Part shown: piece by piece, positions 49,312-64,000 of the stretch | How positions within the stretch are numbered: the stretch's first letter is position 1 | Layout of the letters: each line of letters opens with the position of its first letter | Assembly (NCBI GenBank): GCA_963575745.1 | Contig: CAUYUJ010000048.1 | Location: 248,001-312,000, forward strand | From: Prorocentrum cordatum | Lineage: Eukaryota | Direction of reading: 5' to 3' | Length of the DNA stretch: 64,000 bases | Translations under genes and position numbers: made by a program | Notes under the pieces: generated by a model | Database searches by the model: none | What the model was told of the DNA's origin: nothing | What the model saw: only the letters and a program-made list of their open reading frames with translations

Positions 49312-49559
49312 TTGTCAGGGGCGGCCTCACCGACCCCCAGCAGACCATCCCCTTCCGTGGCGTCCTCCTCGCCTCGCCCCAAGACGTAGGCATGCGGCCC
49401 GAGGGAAGCCCGAGGGGCGAGGATGACGGCACGCAAGGGGATGGTTTGCTAGGGGCCGGTTCGGCCGCGCCAGAGATTGGCAGCAAACCGTTTAGTAGTT
49501 TTCGCGGCGGCCGTGTTAGCTTCCACCGCTGCGCCCAAAGCAGTATGTCTTGCGACCAA

Positions 49560-49951
49560 CGCGTGGTCTCAGAGGTGCCTTAATCCTCCTCTTGGTTCTG
49601 TTCCTCCTCCTCCTCTTCTTCCTCCTCTCCTTTTTTTAGGGGAGACAACAATGACATAAACATAACAACTCGGAGGTCCGCGCGGATTTCTCGGATCGGC
49701 GCTGAGGCCCCCTGGCGGCGCGCCTAGCGCGCCAGGGAGGGGGGTCCAGCGCCGCTCCGAGACACCCGCGAGACGACCTCCAATTTTTTCTGTTCATGTC
49801 ACTGCTTGTTTCTCTAAAGAGCAAGGAGGGGAGGAGGAGGAAGTTGAGGAGGAGGAGGAGGAGGAGGAGGAGGAGGAGGAGGAAGAGGAGGAAAGGAGGA
49901 GGAGGAGGAGGAACAGAACCAAGAGGAGGTCTGCACCTCTGAGACCACGCG
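49560..49951. mobile_element. Foldback element with ~55-bp TIRs enclosing a family-A MITE
   Basis: CGCGTGGTCTCAGAGGTGC..CCTCCTCTTGGTTCTGTTCCTCC is mirrored by GGAGGAACAGAACCAAGAGGAGG..GCACCTCTGAGACCACGCG. Confidence 0.75.
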
Positions 49952-51317
49952 CTGTCTGTGCCACTGCTCGTCTCCCCACGCTTGCGGCGCGGACCGACCA
50001 ACGGGCGGCCGCCTTGGCGCAGGCCTGGCCGCGCCCGCTCCGGCCCCGGCTGCGTTCGGCGCGGGGCCGCGCTGCCGCGCGCGCGGGGGCTCGCCCGTCG
50101 CCTAGGGGCGGGCTCGGCTAGGCCCCTCTGCCGATGGGGGGGGGTGGGCGAGACGGTGCTCGGCAGCAGGTCATGGGAGCCTCGATGGGGAATCGAGCAT
50201 CGAGGAGTCCTCGACTTCGATGCTCGTTTCGGGGACCTTCCTGGAGCCCACCTAACGGATCTGTTCGACCCCAGTTCGACTCAAGTTCGACTCAAGTTCG
50301 ACTCAGGTTCGACTCAAGTTCGACTCAGGGTCGACTCAGGGTCGACTCAACTCGACTGACGTTCGACGCACCTTCGACGCACGAGTGGAGCGAGTGGCTC
50401 CAGGACGGTCCCCAGAATGAGCATCCAACTCGACGCTCGCTCCGTCCCGACTGGAGAGGAGAAGCTGGGCCACAGCGGTGGCCCTTCTCCAGGCGGCCGG
50501 CGCGAGGGCGCGAGGGCGCGAAGAGAAGGGGCGCGTGGCACATCACGGGGCGCGATGGGCGAAGTGACAGTCAGCCCGCATGATAAGGATGGCACCCTTG
50601 CATCCTTGCCCCTTCGGCCCATCCTTAGCGACTTTCACTGGCCACCCTCGTTCGAAAGACGTTCACTTGGCCCTCGAAGGCCCTTGCTCCCTTCGCGCAT
50701 CCTTATGATTCGGGTTGACTGTGTTCCCTTGTAACTCCGACTTTGGCGCCAATTAGCGTCGACCAGCGTATGGGAGTCGATGAGATAGCGCCGATTTCTT
50801 AGCGTCGGTTGGAGTCGATCGGCGTCGATTTAGCGTCACTTAGCGTCGACTAGCGTCGACTAGCGTCGACGAGCGTCGCCTCGCAAGAGCCGACAAGATG
50901 GTACGGGATGCTCCCATGAGTTGCCACCGAAGGGGTGCCTGGTGTCGAGGAACAAAAAGCATGCATAAACATACGTTCTCGGAGGTCCGCGCGGATTTGT
51001 TGGATCGGCGCTGGACCCCCCGGCAGTGCCTCCAGCGCCGCCCCTGGCGCGTCCCGCGCGCCAGGGAGGGGGGGGGGGGCTCAGCGCAGATCCCAGAACT
51101 CCGCGCGGAGCTCCGAAAGCTGGTGTGTGTGTGTGTGTGTGTGTTGTGGAGTCGTTGTCGTCCTCCAGGCAGACGCCTTCAGGGGGCCAGACGCGAACCC
51201 CTGCCCCTACCCCCACCTGCGATCTCCGAGGGGGAGGGCGGGGGCCTCGCTTCGTCCGGGAGAGCTCCCCAACAGCGAGGTGAACCCCCCCCCCTCCCCC
51301 TCAGAGCTATTGTTCAG

Positions 51318-51488
51318 CGGGCGAAGAACGGCATAACATAAACTTTTTCGCCGTCGGTGGCGCCTGCCCCTGGGCGGCTGGAAAGTTTATACCCCTACAG
51401 TGCCACCGTTAGGGTATAAACTTTCCAGCCGCCCTGGGGCAGGCGCCCCCGACGGCGAGAAAGTTTATTTTATGCCGTTCTTCGCCCG
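51318..51488. repeat. Near-perfect long palindrome (~77-bp arms, ~17-nt loop)
   Basis: CGGGCGAAGAACGGCATAA...GGAAAGTTTATACCC / GGGTATAAACTTTCC...TTATGCCGTTCTTCGCCCG. Confidence 0.9.
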
Positions 51489-53664
51489 TTAAATTGTGGG
51501 AGCCAGGGGTGGGGTTCGCGTGTGGCTCCCCCCCAGGCTTCGTCCAGGCGAGGGCCCCGAGGGCGCGCGAGAGAAGGCGCCTCGCGGGATGCGCCGAGCG
51601 CGTCCCGCGGGCGGGCGCCGGCCCCCCCGCGCCGCCGAGACCGGAGAGGGCGGGTCGGCTCAAGCCGAGCCGCGCCCTCCGAGGCGCCCCGCGCGGCTGC
51701 GGGCAGGCCGAGGGCGCCCTCCCGCCGGGGAAAACAGAGAGGAGGAGGAGGAGGAGGAGGGGGGAGGAGGGAGAGGAGGAGGGGGAGGAGGAGGAGGAGG
51801 GGGAGGAGGAGGAGAGGAGGAGGAGAGAGGAGGAGGAGGAGGAGGAGGAGGAGGGAGGAGGATGAGGAGGAGGAGGATGAGGAGGAGGAGAGGAGGAGGA
51901 GGAGGAGGAGGAGGAGGAGGAGGAGGAGGGGGAGGAGGAGGAGGAGGAGGAGGAGGGAGGATAGGAGGAGGAGGAGGAGGAGGAGGAGGAGGAGGAGGAG
52001 GAGGAGGAGGAGGAGGAGGGGGAGGAGGAGGAGGAGGAGGAGGAGGAGGAGGAGGAGGAGGAGGAGGAGGAGGAGGGGGAGGAGGAGGAGCTGGGGGAGG
52101 AGCTGGGGGAGGAGGAGGAGAGGCTGCGCGCCGGCCCGCTTCGGTGCTCTCCTGCGGCTCGTCTGTGCACCCTCGGGGGCGCGAGAGGTGCGGTGTCGTG
52201 TCACCGATCCCCGCCCCCATCCACACATCCCCATGTCCGTTTTTCTCATATCCCCATCCAGAGCCCCCGACCCCCCGAAAATCCCCATGCAGACCCCCCG
52301 ATCCCCATCCCCCATCCCCATCCAGACCCCCCAGAGACTGCGCGCCGTCCCGTTCTGTTGAAGTCAAACATGTCTCTCTACAGGGGGGCACATGCAAACA
52401 TAATAAAAAAGTAGTATGGGGGCGATTTTTCGAGTAGTTGTTTAATATTTTCAAGCATTCTGGGTGTATTGTTTATTTTGCTTCCAGAATCCGCTTGTAG
52501 GGGAACGCGCCCGACCGAACGTTTGTGTTCTCTCTGCTGCCCGTCTGGGCACCTTGGAGGAGGGAGATGTACCGATACCGCAGCCCTTGCCTCGTTCTCT
52601 TCTTTTCTGTGGGCCTCCTGGGAGGCCCTCGTCGCCACCGCTGCCTTCGCCCCGGAATTCTGGTCAGAGCGCGCCCCGGGAGGGGTCCGGGGAGTGGCGG
52701 TATCGGTACTTTTTGGTTTCCCCAGTCTTGTTTGGTTCTCTCCGCTGCCCGTCTGCTCACCTTCCCAGCAGTTCAATTCGAAGAGGAATGAGAAGAATAC
52801 GAAGAAGTGGCACAATAATCAACTGTCGGAGCTCCGCGTGGATTTCTTGCATCGGCGTAGGCCCCCCCTCCCTGGCGCGTGGAGCGCGCTAGGGGCGGCG
52901 CCAGAGCCGCCGCCAGGGGGGTCTAGCGCAGATCCAAGAAATCCGCGCGGACCGTCGAAAGCTGATATTTCTGCAGATGTGGTTTCTTTGTAGTTGTCGG
53001 TGTATACCCCGCACGTTCCAAACCACTCGGGCCTCTCGTTCGATGGTTTGTTATTGCGCTTCCTGCTTGGCTGTGAGCTAGCAGCTGCTGTACACATCTA
53101 AGCCTCATCTGGCCGATCTTCCTTTTGTATACAGTTCGGTGCCATCGGTCGCCGCGGGGGGAGAGAGAAGGGGGGCCGAGCCTCCTCAGGGTGCGGTGGG
53201 GCCTCGGAGCAGGCTCGAGCCGCCTCGTCGGAAGGCCGGAGGCCTCTTGAGCCTCCCGAGATCGGGCGCTGCGTGGTGCGGGGGTCGACAACGGGGGGGT
53301 GGGGGGGGCGGCGAAGACTTGGTATCGCTCGGACGTGTGCCCTCTTTCTCGTCTGGGATTATGAAGGAGCATCCTGGAGCACACTGCGAAGAAACCACGC
53401 ACGAAGCCGAAAAAAAAACACAGGGAGTGGACGTCCGAGCGATGGCCAGGAGAAGGGTGCCGGTCTTGTGCCGCAGATGGGGGGCCCCTCGACGGGCCTC
53501 TGGGGCCCCCCGACAGGCCCACGCTTCTTCGCCCCCGCGCCTCTCTCGCCCCCCCGAGGAAGCAACGCTCGGCGAGAAGGCGTCGTCGTCGTCGTCGTCG
53601 TCGAGGTCGTCGACAGCGTCAACGTTCTCAACGTTCTCAACGTCGTCGTCAACGTCGTCGTCAA

Positions 53665-53717
<53 letters not shown>

Positions 53718-56700
53718 ACGTCGTCGTTAACGTCGTCGTCGTCGTCGTCGTCCTCGTCGTCCTCGTCGTCGTCGTCGTCGTCGTCGTCGACTCCTCCTCC
53801 TGCTGGGCCCCGTCCGCCCTCCTCCTGCCCACTCGGCCTGCGGGCGGCCCTGCGGCGAGGCCGACGGCTCGTCGGAGGCGGGGGGCTGGACCAGCGCTCC
53901 GCCGGCGAGGATCTTCACCGAGGCGCCCCCGGCCTCCTCTCTTGCTCCCCTCCCTGCCCCCCCCCCTCGCCCCCCCCCCCCCCCCTCCTCGCTTCTGCCC
54001 CCCCCTCTCCCCCCGCCTCCCCCTGCTTCCAGCTTTGCCCCCTCGGCCCTCTCTCTCTCTCTCTCTCTCTCCCCAGCGTCCCTCTGGGCCTCCCAGGTGG
54101 GCTTGAAGTGGGTGGGGTCGGAGGAGCGCGCCGCATCGCCGATGCATCGGCAGTGCGGCTCGATGTGGAGCCGGAGTTTCTCCACGCGACGTCGCCGATG
54201 CGTCGCCGGCATCACCGATGTATTGGCGATGCGGCGCGATCTTCTGGTCCCACCTGCTCGGACTCGTCCCCTCTGGGAGGCCTCGGTGGTTCCTCTCTTC
54301 GCCCTCTGCCCCTCGCGCCCACCCCCCCCGTCGCTCGTATCGGCAGGGGCCTGCCAGCCCCTGATGCCCGACCGGTTTCTTCTCCATGCGGGATGGTGAC
54401 CGCGACCCCCCCCCCCGAGGAGGCCGGGACGCTCCGGGAGAAAGTGCCCCCCTTCGATCGAAGGAGAAGAAACTCCATAATTAAACATTAGCTTTTTGGA
54501 GGTCCTCGCGGATTTCTTGGATCGGCGTTGGGCCCCCCTCTGGCGGCGCTTCCGGCGCCGCCCCCGGCACGCTCCGCGCAGATCCAAGAAAGCCGCGCGG
54601 AGCGTCCTGAAATTACGTTTGTGGCGGTGTTGTTTCCTTCTGCCTTCGAAGACGGCACAATACTAGATTGGTGGGGGTCCGCGCGGATTTCTAGGGTCCG
54701 CGCTGGACCTCCCCCCCTTGGCGCGCGAGTCGCGCCAGCCCTCAGCGCCGGAGGCGCCGCCAGGGGGGAGGTTGGGGAGCCTTGAGACGGGGGTCAATGC
54801 AGACGGGGGCCAGCCAGGGCACCGGATCCTGCAGGATCCTGCGAAGAGCCCCTTTGGCTGACCCGGGTCAGCGAGCCGCTCGTGGCCGCGGGGCGGCCGC
54901 GCCCTTTTGGCTGACCCGGGTTTGCGAAGACCTGCGTTGCCAGTTTTTTTCTTGCATTGCAGTTTTTGGTTTCTTGCCGACCCGGGTCTGGATTGACCCG
55001 GGTCAGAAGATCCCCGAGAGGTCCAATGCCGACCCAAGAATTTTGCGCGGGCCTCCGGAAGTTTCTGTTCTGGCGCTCTGGCATTGCGAGTGCGCAGTCA
55101 ACCCGCACAGCAAGGATGAGCAACTTCCCAAGGTCAGGAGCGAAAGAAGGACGTGCACGTACATGAATCCACGCTGGCTTCGAGAGTACGCATTGCCCGA
55201 ACGTTCGTATCACGCGGCCAGTCTCGCGGATCGAGGGGCCGTGTTCATGTACACAGCTGGGCGCGTACATCCTTTGCGGGCTCCCTGCAAGGGTACCCTT
55301 GCATCCTTGCCTCTTCGGTCATCTTCGGCCTATCCTCAACCACTTTCGATGGCCAGCCCCGCTCGAAGTGCCTCGGCATGGGCATCCAATGCCCTTGTGT
55401 CCTTACCGTGCATCCTGACCATACGGGTTGACTATAAGTCGTGCTAGCACAGCCTGCCCGAATCAGACGACCTCCAAGAGGCTGCGACGGATTGGCTGGA
55501 TGACTCCTCGCCTCTGATGGGCGGTGCGTCACTCGTCCTCGTAAACGGCGGTTTCGCCGATGCCAGCATACATGTTCGCCGCGGGGACTACAGTCGGTCC
55601 AGCTACCCCGTCGCTGCTCGGATTCGTTGCGCCCCTAATGTCCTTGTTTGTTTTATTGCCGCCAGCTCCTTCTGCGCCTCCACCTCCTCCCTCTCCTCCC
55701 TCTCCTCCCTCCCCCTCCTCGCCCTCGGCCTTCCTTCTCCGTTACCGCCTCCTCGTTTTCCTCCTCCTCCTCCTTTTCCTCCTCCTTTTCCTCCTCCTTT
55801 TCCTACTCCTCCTCCTCCCCCTCCTCCTCCTTCTCCTCCTCCTCCTCCTCCTCCTCCTCCTCCTCTCGACACGCGCAATGTCTGCGTCGCCGTCGTCATC
55901 GACGTGGCCGCGTCTTGTGCATGTTGGCGGGTTCATCCTCTTTTCTGCTGTGTGTGTGTTTGCGCTTCTGGCGGTCTTGGCCCTGCGCGCCTGTGGCTGC
56001 TGCCCCCCCCCTCCCCGGCTGCTCATCGTCGAGGTCTTCGGCGTCTGGGCGTCCCTCTTCCTCTCTGCCGCCCCCCCTCCCCCTCCCCCCCTCCGCGGGG
56101 GGACGCGGGCCAGAGGGCGGACCCCCCCTGGGGGGGGGGCCCGCGGACGGGTCCTGCGCGGACCGCTGTCGGAGGCAGGGCTAACCTCGGGCCTGTCTGT
56201 CCCTCTACGGGAGGAGTGTTCAAAAATTGTCCACACATAGCCTCAGGACGATCTTTTTGTTTTAAAGGTTGGACCTTTTTGACTATTTTTCTCTGGCGCC
56301 CAGAATCACCCCCTGGGGGGACACGCCCGACCTCAGGGCAGGGCGAAGGGGGGGCCCGCGCAGCACTGCCTGGCGGCCCCGCAGGGGCGGCTCCGCGCGC
56401 CGCGACGGGCCCCGCTCCCACGGGAGAGAGATCCCGGAGTTCTGCCGCCGGGCGAGGCGGCACGGGCCGCTTTTTGGGGGGAGGGCACCCTGCCCCGATC
56501 CACGGGTCGCTCATCCATGCTTGCGCGCCCCCGAGCACTGGCGCGCCCCCGAGCACTGCTGGCGGCCCCGCACGGCGGCTCCGCGTCGCGACGGGTCCCG
56601 CTTCCACGGGAAATCCCGGATTTCTGCCGCCGAGGGAGGCGGCACGGGCCGCACTCGGGGGGAAGGCACCTGCCCCGATCCACGGGTCGCTAATCCGTGC

Positions 56701-58462
56701 TTGCGCGCCCTCGGGCACTGGCGCGCCCCCGAGCACTGCCGGCGGCCCCGTACGGTGGCTTCGCGTCGCGACGACCGGCGGCGACCCCGCCAGTGGCGTC
56801 CGACGTGGAACGCCGCCTCCGCGACCCAGAATCGATCGATGTTGATTTAGGCCTGCTAGAAGGGGTCGGAGTAGGTGGGGTCGGAGGATCGCGCCGCATC
56901 GCCGGTACATCGGCGATACGGTTCGATGTGGAGCCCGATTTGCTCCACGTCGACGTCGAGGATGCATCGTTCACGTCGGCGACGCATCGCCAGTGCATCG
57001 CCGATGCATCGCCAGTGCTTCGCGTCGCGACGACCGGCGGCGACCCCGCCGTGGGTTTCCAACGTGGAACGCCGCCTCAGCGACCCAGAATCGGTCGATG
57101 TGGAACGATCTGACATTTCGGAAACAGCCGATCGTTCAGTCGAAGCAAAACAAACGCTGTAAACATCAACTTGTGGCGCTCCGCGCGGGGGTTTCTTGGG
57201 TCCGCGCTGGGCCCCCCGGCGGCGCCGGAGGCGCCGCCCCTGGCGCGCTCCGCGCGCCAGGGAGGGGGATCCAGGCCATATCCAAGAAATCCGCGCGGAT
57301 CGCCAAAAGTTTATGTTTATGCCGTGGTTATGTTTATCTGTCTTTGTCTTCTTCTTTTTCTTCGTCTTCTTCTTCTTCTTCTATTCAAGGTTGAACGATA
57401 CCCGCGGTTTCAGAAACCAGCGTTACGTCGGGCCTGTCCCTATACAGGAGGAACACTCGAAAATAGGAAAAAAGAGCCTGGGGACGGTTTTTCGACTTCT
57501 GTTGGCCACTGCTGCAATCATTCTGACTATTTGTATCCTTTCGTCGTGGAGTCCAAAGTCCCCCTGTGGGGGGGACGCGCCCGACCTATAAAAACCAGCG
57601 CCGAAGGCCGGCACGGCACGCGCCTGCCGCGCCTGCCGATCTGGCAGGCCGCCGCCCCCGCCTCGCCCACAGGTTTGTTCGGCGCGCCCAGGGCCCTCCC
57701 CGCGCCGCCCCCCCCTCCTCCTCTCCTCCTCCTCTCCCCTCCTCCTCCTCCCCCCTCCTCCTCCTCCTCCTCCTCCTCCTCCTCCCCCCTCCTCCTCCTC
57801 CTCCTCCTCCCTCCTCCCCTCCCTCCTCCTCCCTCCGCCTCCTCCCCTCCTCCTCCGCCTCCTCCGCCTCCTCCGCCTCTCCTCCTCCTCCTCCTCCTCC
57901 TCCTCCTCCTCCTCCACCTCCTCCTCCTCCCCCAAGATGGTCCAAGAGGGCCCCGAGACGTCCCAGGAGCGTCCCAAGAGGGACCAGGAGGCCCTCAAGA
58001 CGCCCCAGGAGGCCCTCAAAAGGACCCCACAAGCGCAGACATCGTCGCATTCCCGTCGGGCAGCGTAATACCCCCCCCTCACTCGCCTGCGCACGCGGCC
58101 GACGGAGGGTTCAGCCAGGCCTGTCCCACGACGGGAGGAAGATCCAAAAATTCGTGCAGCAGCAGTCTGGGGACGATTTTTGTTGCACGTTTGAGTATGT
58201 TTTGAACATTTGTGCTCGAGCACTTCACATACAAACGAATCGTCCAAAATCCGCCTGTAGGAGGACACGCCCGACCTAACAGAGGGGGGCGAGAGGTCCG
58301 AGGCGGGGGTGTTCGAAGAAGGAGCCATGCCCTGAGCATAAACGTTTGGCGCTCCGCGCGGATTTCTGGGATCCGTGCTGGGCCCCCTTTACCTGGCGCG
58401 ATGGCAGCGCGGATCCAAGAAGCGGATCCAAGAAGTCCGTGCGGAGCGCCAACAGCTTCTGT

Positions 58463-59411
58463 TCATGGCAGTTTCCCCTTTCTTCTAGAGAGGTCAGACG
58501 TGGGGATTTGCTCACAGCTTCCGCATGGGAGATCGATCTTCGGGGACCTCGACAGGTGGTGGACATGGGCAGACTCGTGCCCCCTGGGGCCAATACTTGT
58601 CCATACCCACCGCCCCTGTGGGTCCAAGGACAACTGAGCGAAAGCTTGCGGAACTGGCTGTTGGCGTTGACCCTGAACTTGAGGAACTTGCTGCATCAAC
58701 TGACCTTGAGCATCGTCCAGAAGAGTCCGCACTGCTTCGGCGTGCTCTACTGCTGCCTGGGATGTGACAGCAGCCACGTTCTCGGCCTCCTCTGCCAGTG
58801 GTGCGTGCTTTGCGGCATTGGCGTTGATGAGTTGCTCGAGCTCCACCATCTCCTTCGGGTGCGAGCTGAACCTGGCCTGCGCGGTTGGCAATTGGTCCTG
58901 CAGGCTCCTAGCCTGCATGGCTAAGGGGTTCCTGGCAAAAGCCTCTGCTGTTGCGATCTTGAATATTTCCTGGGCGGACAAAACTCCATCATGGCCGGGC
59001 CCATGACACTTCCACACGTTTTAACTTCGGCAAGATGGAAAATTGCATTCTTAGTACGCTGCCCGATCCACTCGGAGAGCTTCGTCTAGGGGGGTTCGGG
59101 GGTGGAGGATGCTTAGAGTCCTTCCCTCCTCCTCCACCCCCTTTCCCGTTCCAGCTCCTGTGGGTGTGCCACGGCTGGAAGGCGGTCTGGCATTTGTCGC
59201 GCTTGAAAGTTTTTAGGTGGTCTTGCCATACCTATCCTGCTCGTCCATGCTCACCCAGCACGTTCTTCCTTGCAACACAGCATAGCATCGCGCGCGAGAC
59301 ATCGTGCTGTGAGGGGGGAACTGAGAAGTCTCAATCCCTAATGGGGGTCTTTCCTGCACTGGTGGGCCCTCGAGCCCGAGGTGCGGTGGGAAACCCCGTA
59401 AGGAGGCCCAT
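58463..59411 (-). pseudogene. Decayed coding sequence downstream of a DinoSL relic (possible processed pseudogene)
   Basis: An ATG 5 nt after the SL opens only 26 codons (59411-59331). A helical/coiled-coil-like 184-aa ORF lies at 58463-59017. Confidence 0.35.
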
Positions 59412-59416
59412 GGAGA

Positions 59417-59438
59417 CTTGAGCCAACACGGCTACGGA
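59417..59438 (-). other. Relic dinoflagellate spliced leader
   Basis: Reverse complement TCCGTAGCCGTGTTGGCTCAAG matches DinoSL at 20/22 positions. Confidence 0.85.
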
Positions 59439-60141
59439 GAGGGACGGAAGGATGAGGCAGGTGGAGGAAAGATGGAGGATGGCCAGCTGGGAGGGAGGAG
59501 GAGCAGGGTGGAGCGATGAGTTGGGATATCGAGTCGCACGACGACGCTGCCCACGACGCCGACGACGCGCCGACGCCGACGTCGACGCTGACGGCGGCGG
59601 CGACGATGATCGCCGTGGCTGCCTATAGGATTCGTTTTGGCTAGAGTCTCGACGGGAATCCAGCCCAGAAACAATGGCTCCCCAGGAGGTCCGAGAGCAT
59701 CCAAACAGCTTGATCGCCTATCGACGACGACGAAGCCGACGACGCTGACGACGCCGCCGACGACGAATTCGACGCCGCCGCCGCCGACGTCGACACTGCC
59801 GACGACGGCGACGGCGAAGACGAGGGCCCCGCCGACGACGACGACGACGCCGACGCCGACGACGACAGTGACGGCGATGGCGGCGGCGACGACGCCCACA
59901 GCGACGACGCCAACGGCGACGACGGCGGCGACCCATACATCTGGGGACGACCCATGCATCCGACGATGTGATTTTTCCAGTCCGCGGCCCCGCAGTCCAC
60001 GATCACTTCGCTGGTGGCGTTTCTTCGTCCTGGGGAAAGTTTGATGGCCGGGGTGCCTGAGGGCTGCCCCTGGAAGCCGAAATTGTCCCTGGAGTGGTGC
60101 AGTGTTGGCGCCGTCGGCGCTGGTCGCCGGCCGCCGTCGTA

Positions 60142-62215
<2,074 letters not shown>

Positions 62216-62744
62216 TTTTATTGTCCACATCCAAAGTGGGTATCTTGTTTTCTGTGCGCACGCCGCGCAGGATCTCACCCCCCCCTTTCCTCTCTCTCTC
62301 TCACACACACTCACCATCATCACCATCATCATCACCGTCAACCACCATCATCGTCATCACACGTACACACTCATAATCATTACCATCATCATCACCATGC
62401 ACCACCATCACCGTCATCACTGCTCATCAGCAGAATCTTTCATCACTACTCATCATCATAATCCTCATCGTCATCATCGTCACCATCATCACCACTCGAT
62501 CACCCATTCACTTACTCAATTACTCACTCATCCTCAGTAGGCTTCGGAGGCAGTGGTCCTCCGACGGTTGGACCGCTGCCACTTTCAACATCACCGTCAC
62601 CATCTCCATCACAATCTCTCGACCACCCACTCAGTGGCCATCATGATCATCATCAGCATCATCACCACTCATTCATCACACACTCATTTTCAGAATCATT
62701 CACTCACTCATCATTTCGTCATCACTCACTCCCTGGCTTGAATA

Positions 62745-63292
62745 TGGAGGTAGTATCATGCGGGAGCCTCGTCTGTGAGTGAATTGTGAGGAAGTCTCAG
62801 GCGGGAACCCTTCCCTATGGGGCCCGCGCTTCATGATTTTAATCCGAGGCGGGTCATTCGAATCGTGTAACTGTCGTCACTTCTGGGCCCTTGTGGCGAG
62901 AATATGGAGGAAATATAATGCGGGAGCCTCGTCGGTGAGTGAATTGCGACGAAGTCTCAAGCGGGAAGCCTCTCCCTATGGGGCCCGCACCTCATGTTTT
63001 TAATCCGAGGCGGGTCATCCGAAACGTGTAACTGTCTCACTTTTGGGCCCCTGCGGCGTGAATCTGGAGGAAATGTCAAGCGGGAGCCTCGTCTGTGAGT
63101 GAATTGCGACGAAGTCTCAGGCGGGAAGCCTCTCCCTATGGGGCCCGCACCTCGCGTTTTTAATCCGAGGCGGGTCATCCGAAACGTGAAACTGTCGTCA
63201 CTTTTGGCCTCCGGAGGGCTTGAATAAGGAGGATGTATCAGGCGGGAGCATCGTCTGTGAGTGATTCGCGAGGAAGTCACAGGCGGGAGCCC
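62745..63292. repeat. ~160-bp tandem repeat (~3.4 copies)
   Basis: GCGGGAGCCTCGTC(T/G)GTGAGTGA at ~62760, 62920, 63080 and (variant) 63242. Confidence 0.9.
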
Positions 63293-63459
63293 GCTGGTCT
63301 GTCCCCGCGGGAGCCCCCGCGTTGAGCCAGCTGGAAGCATGCGAGCTAGAGCTGAGGTGCAGGAGAAGGAGGAGGAGGAGGAGGAGGAGGAGGAGGAGGA
63401 GGAGGAGGAGGAGGGGGAGGAGGAGGAGGAAGACGAGGATCAGGAATTGAGGAGGACGA

Positions 63460-63945
63460 CGGCGGCCGGGCGCAGGGGGAAACCCTTGCGTCCGGGCCAG
63501 GGGTGGTAACCCATCCTCGGCCGAAGCGGCGGCCGGGCGCAGGGGGGAACCCTTGCGTCCGGGCCGGGGGTGGTAACCCATCCTCGGCCAAATCGGGGGC
63601 AAGGGTAACCCTTTGTCTCCGGGCCGCCGGTGGTAACCCATCGGCGGCCGAATCGGGCGCAGGGGTAGCCCCTTGCGTCCGGGCCGTGGGTGGTAACCCA
63701 TCCCCGGCCGAATCGGGGGCAGGGGTAACCCTTTGTCTCCGGGCTGGCAGTGGTAACCCATCGGCGGCCGAATCGGGCGCAGGGGTAGCCCCTTGCGTCC
63801 GGGCCGTGGGTGGTAACCTATCCTCGGCCGAATCGGGGGCAGGGGTAACCCCTTGTCTCCGGGCTGGCGGTGGTGACCCATCGTCAGCCGAATCGGGCGC
63901 AGGGGGGGACCCTTGCGTCCGGGCCGGGGCTTGGTAACCCATCCG
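63460..63945. repeat. 60-bp tandem repeat with alternating A/B units (120-bp higher-order repeat)
   Basis: Units alternate CCTTGCGTCC and C(T/C)TTGTCTCC, sharing TGGTAACCCATC and GGCCGAATCGGG. Confidence 0.9.
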
Positions 63946-64000
63946 ATGACGATGATGATGTTGACGATGTTGCTGATGATGATGTTACTGATGGTGATGA

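Overview
GC-rich, repeat-dense eukaryotic DNA, most likely dinoflagellate. The evidence is GC-AG and GA-AG introns with AG|G junctions and two relics of the dinoflagellate spliced leader (DinoSL, DCCGTAGCCATTTTGGCTCAAG). The main result is that the separate ORFs at 42.85-46.0, 46.2-46.95 and 47.3-48.9 kb splice in frame into one gene. It encodes a protein of about 1760 aa or more: an unknown N-terminal domain, four exact 188-aa UMP/CMP-kinase repeats, an NDP-kinase-like domain, and a complete 5'-nucleotidase. Its introns look transposon-derived (introners), and one has a homologue in an unrelated TPR-like gene 12 kb upstream. The window also holds a 5'-truncated, frameshifted non-LTR retrotransposon (RT + RNase H), a 1.8-kb ORF-bearing insertion with a 14-bp target-site duplication, a Cys-rich zinc-finger ORF, several MITE/foldback families, and many satellites and microsatellites. 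Most ORFs in the supplied track are low-complexity artefacts. All calls were made by eye, without database searches.
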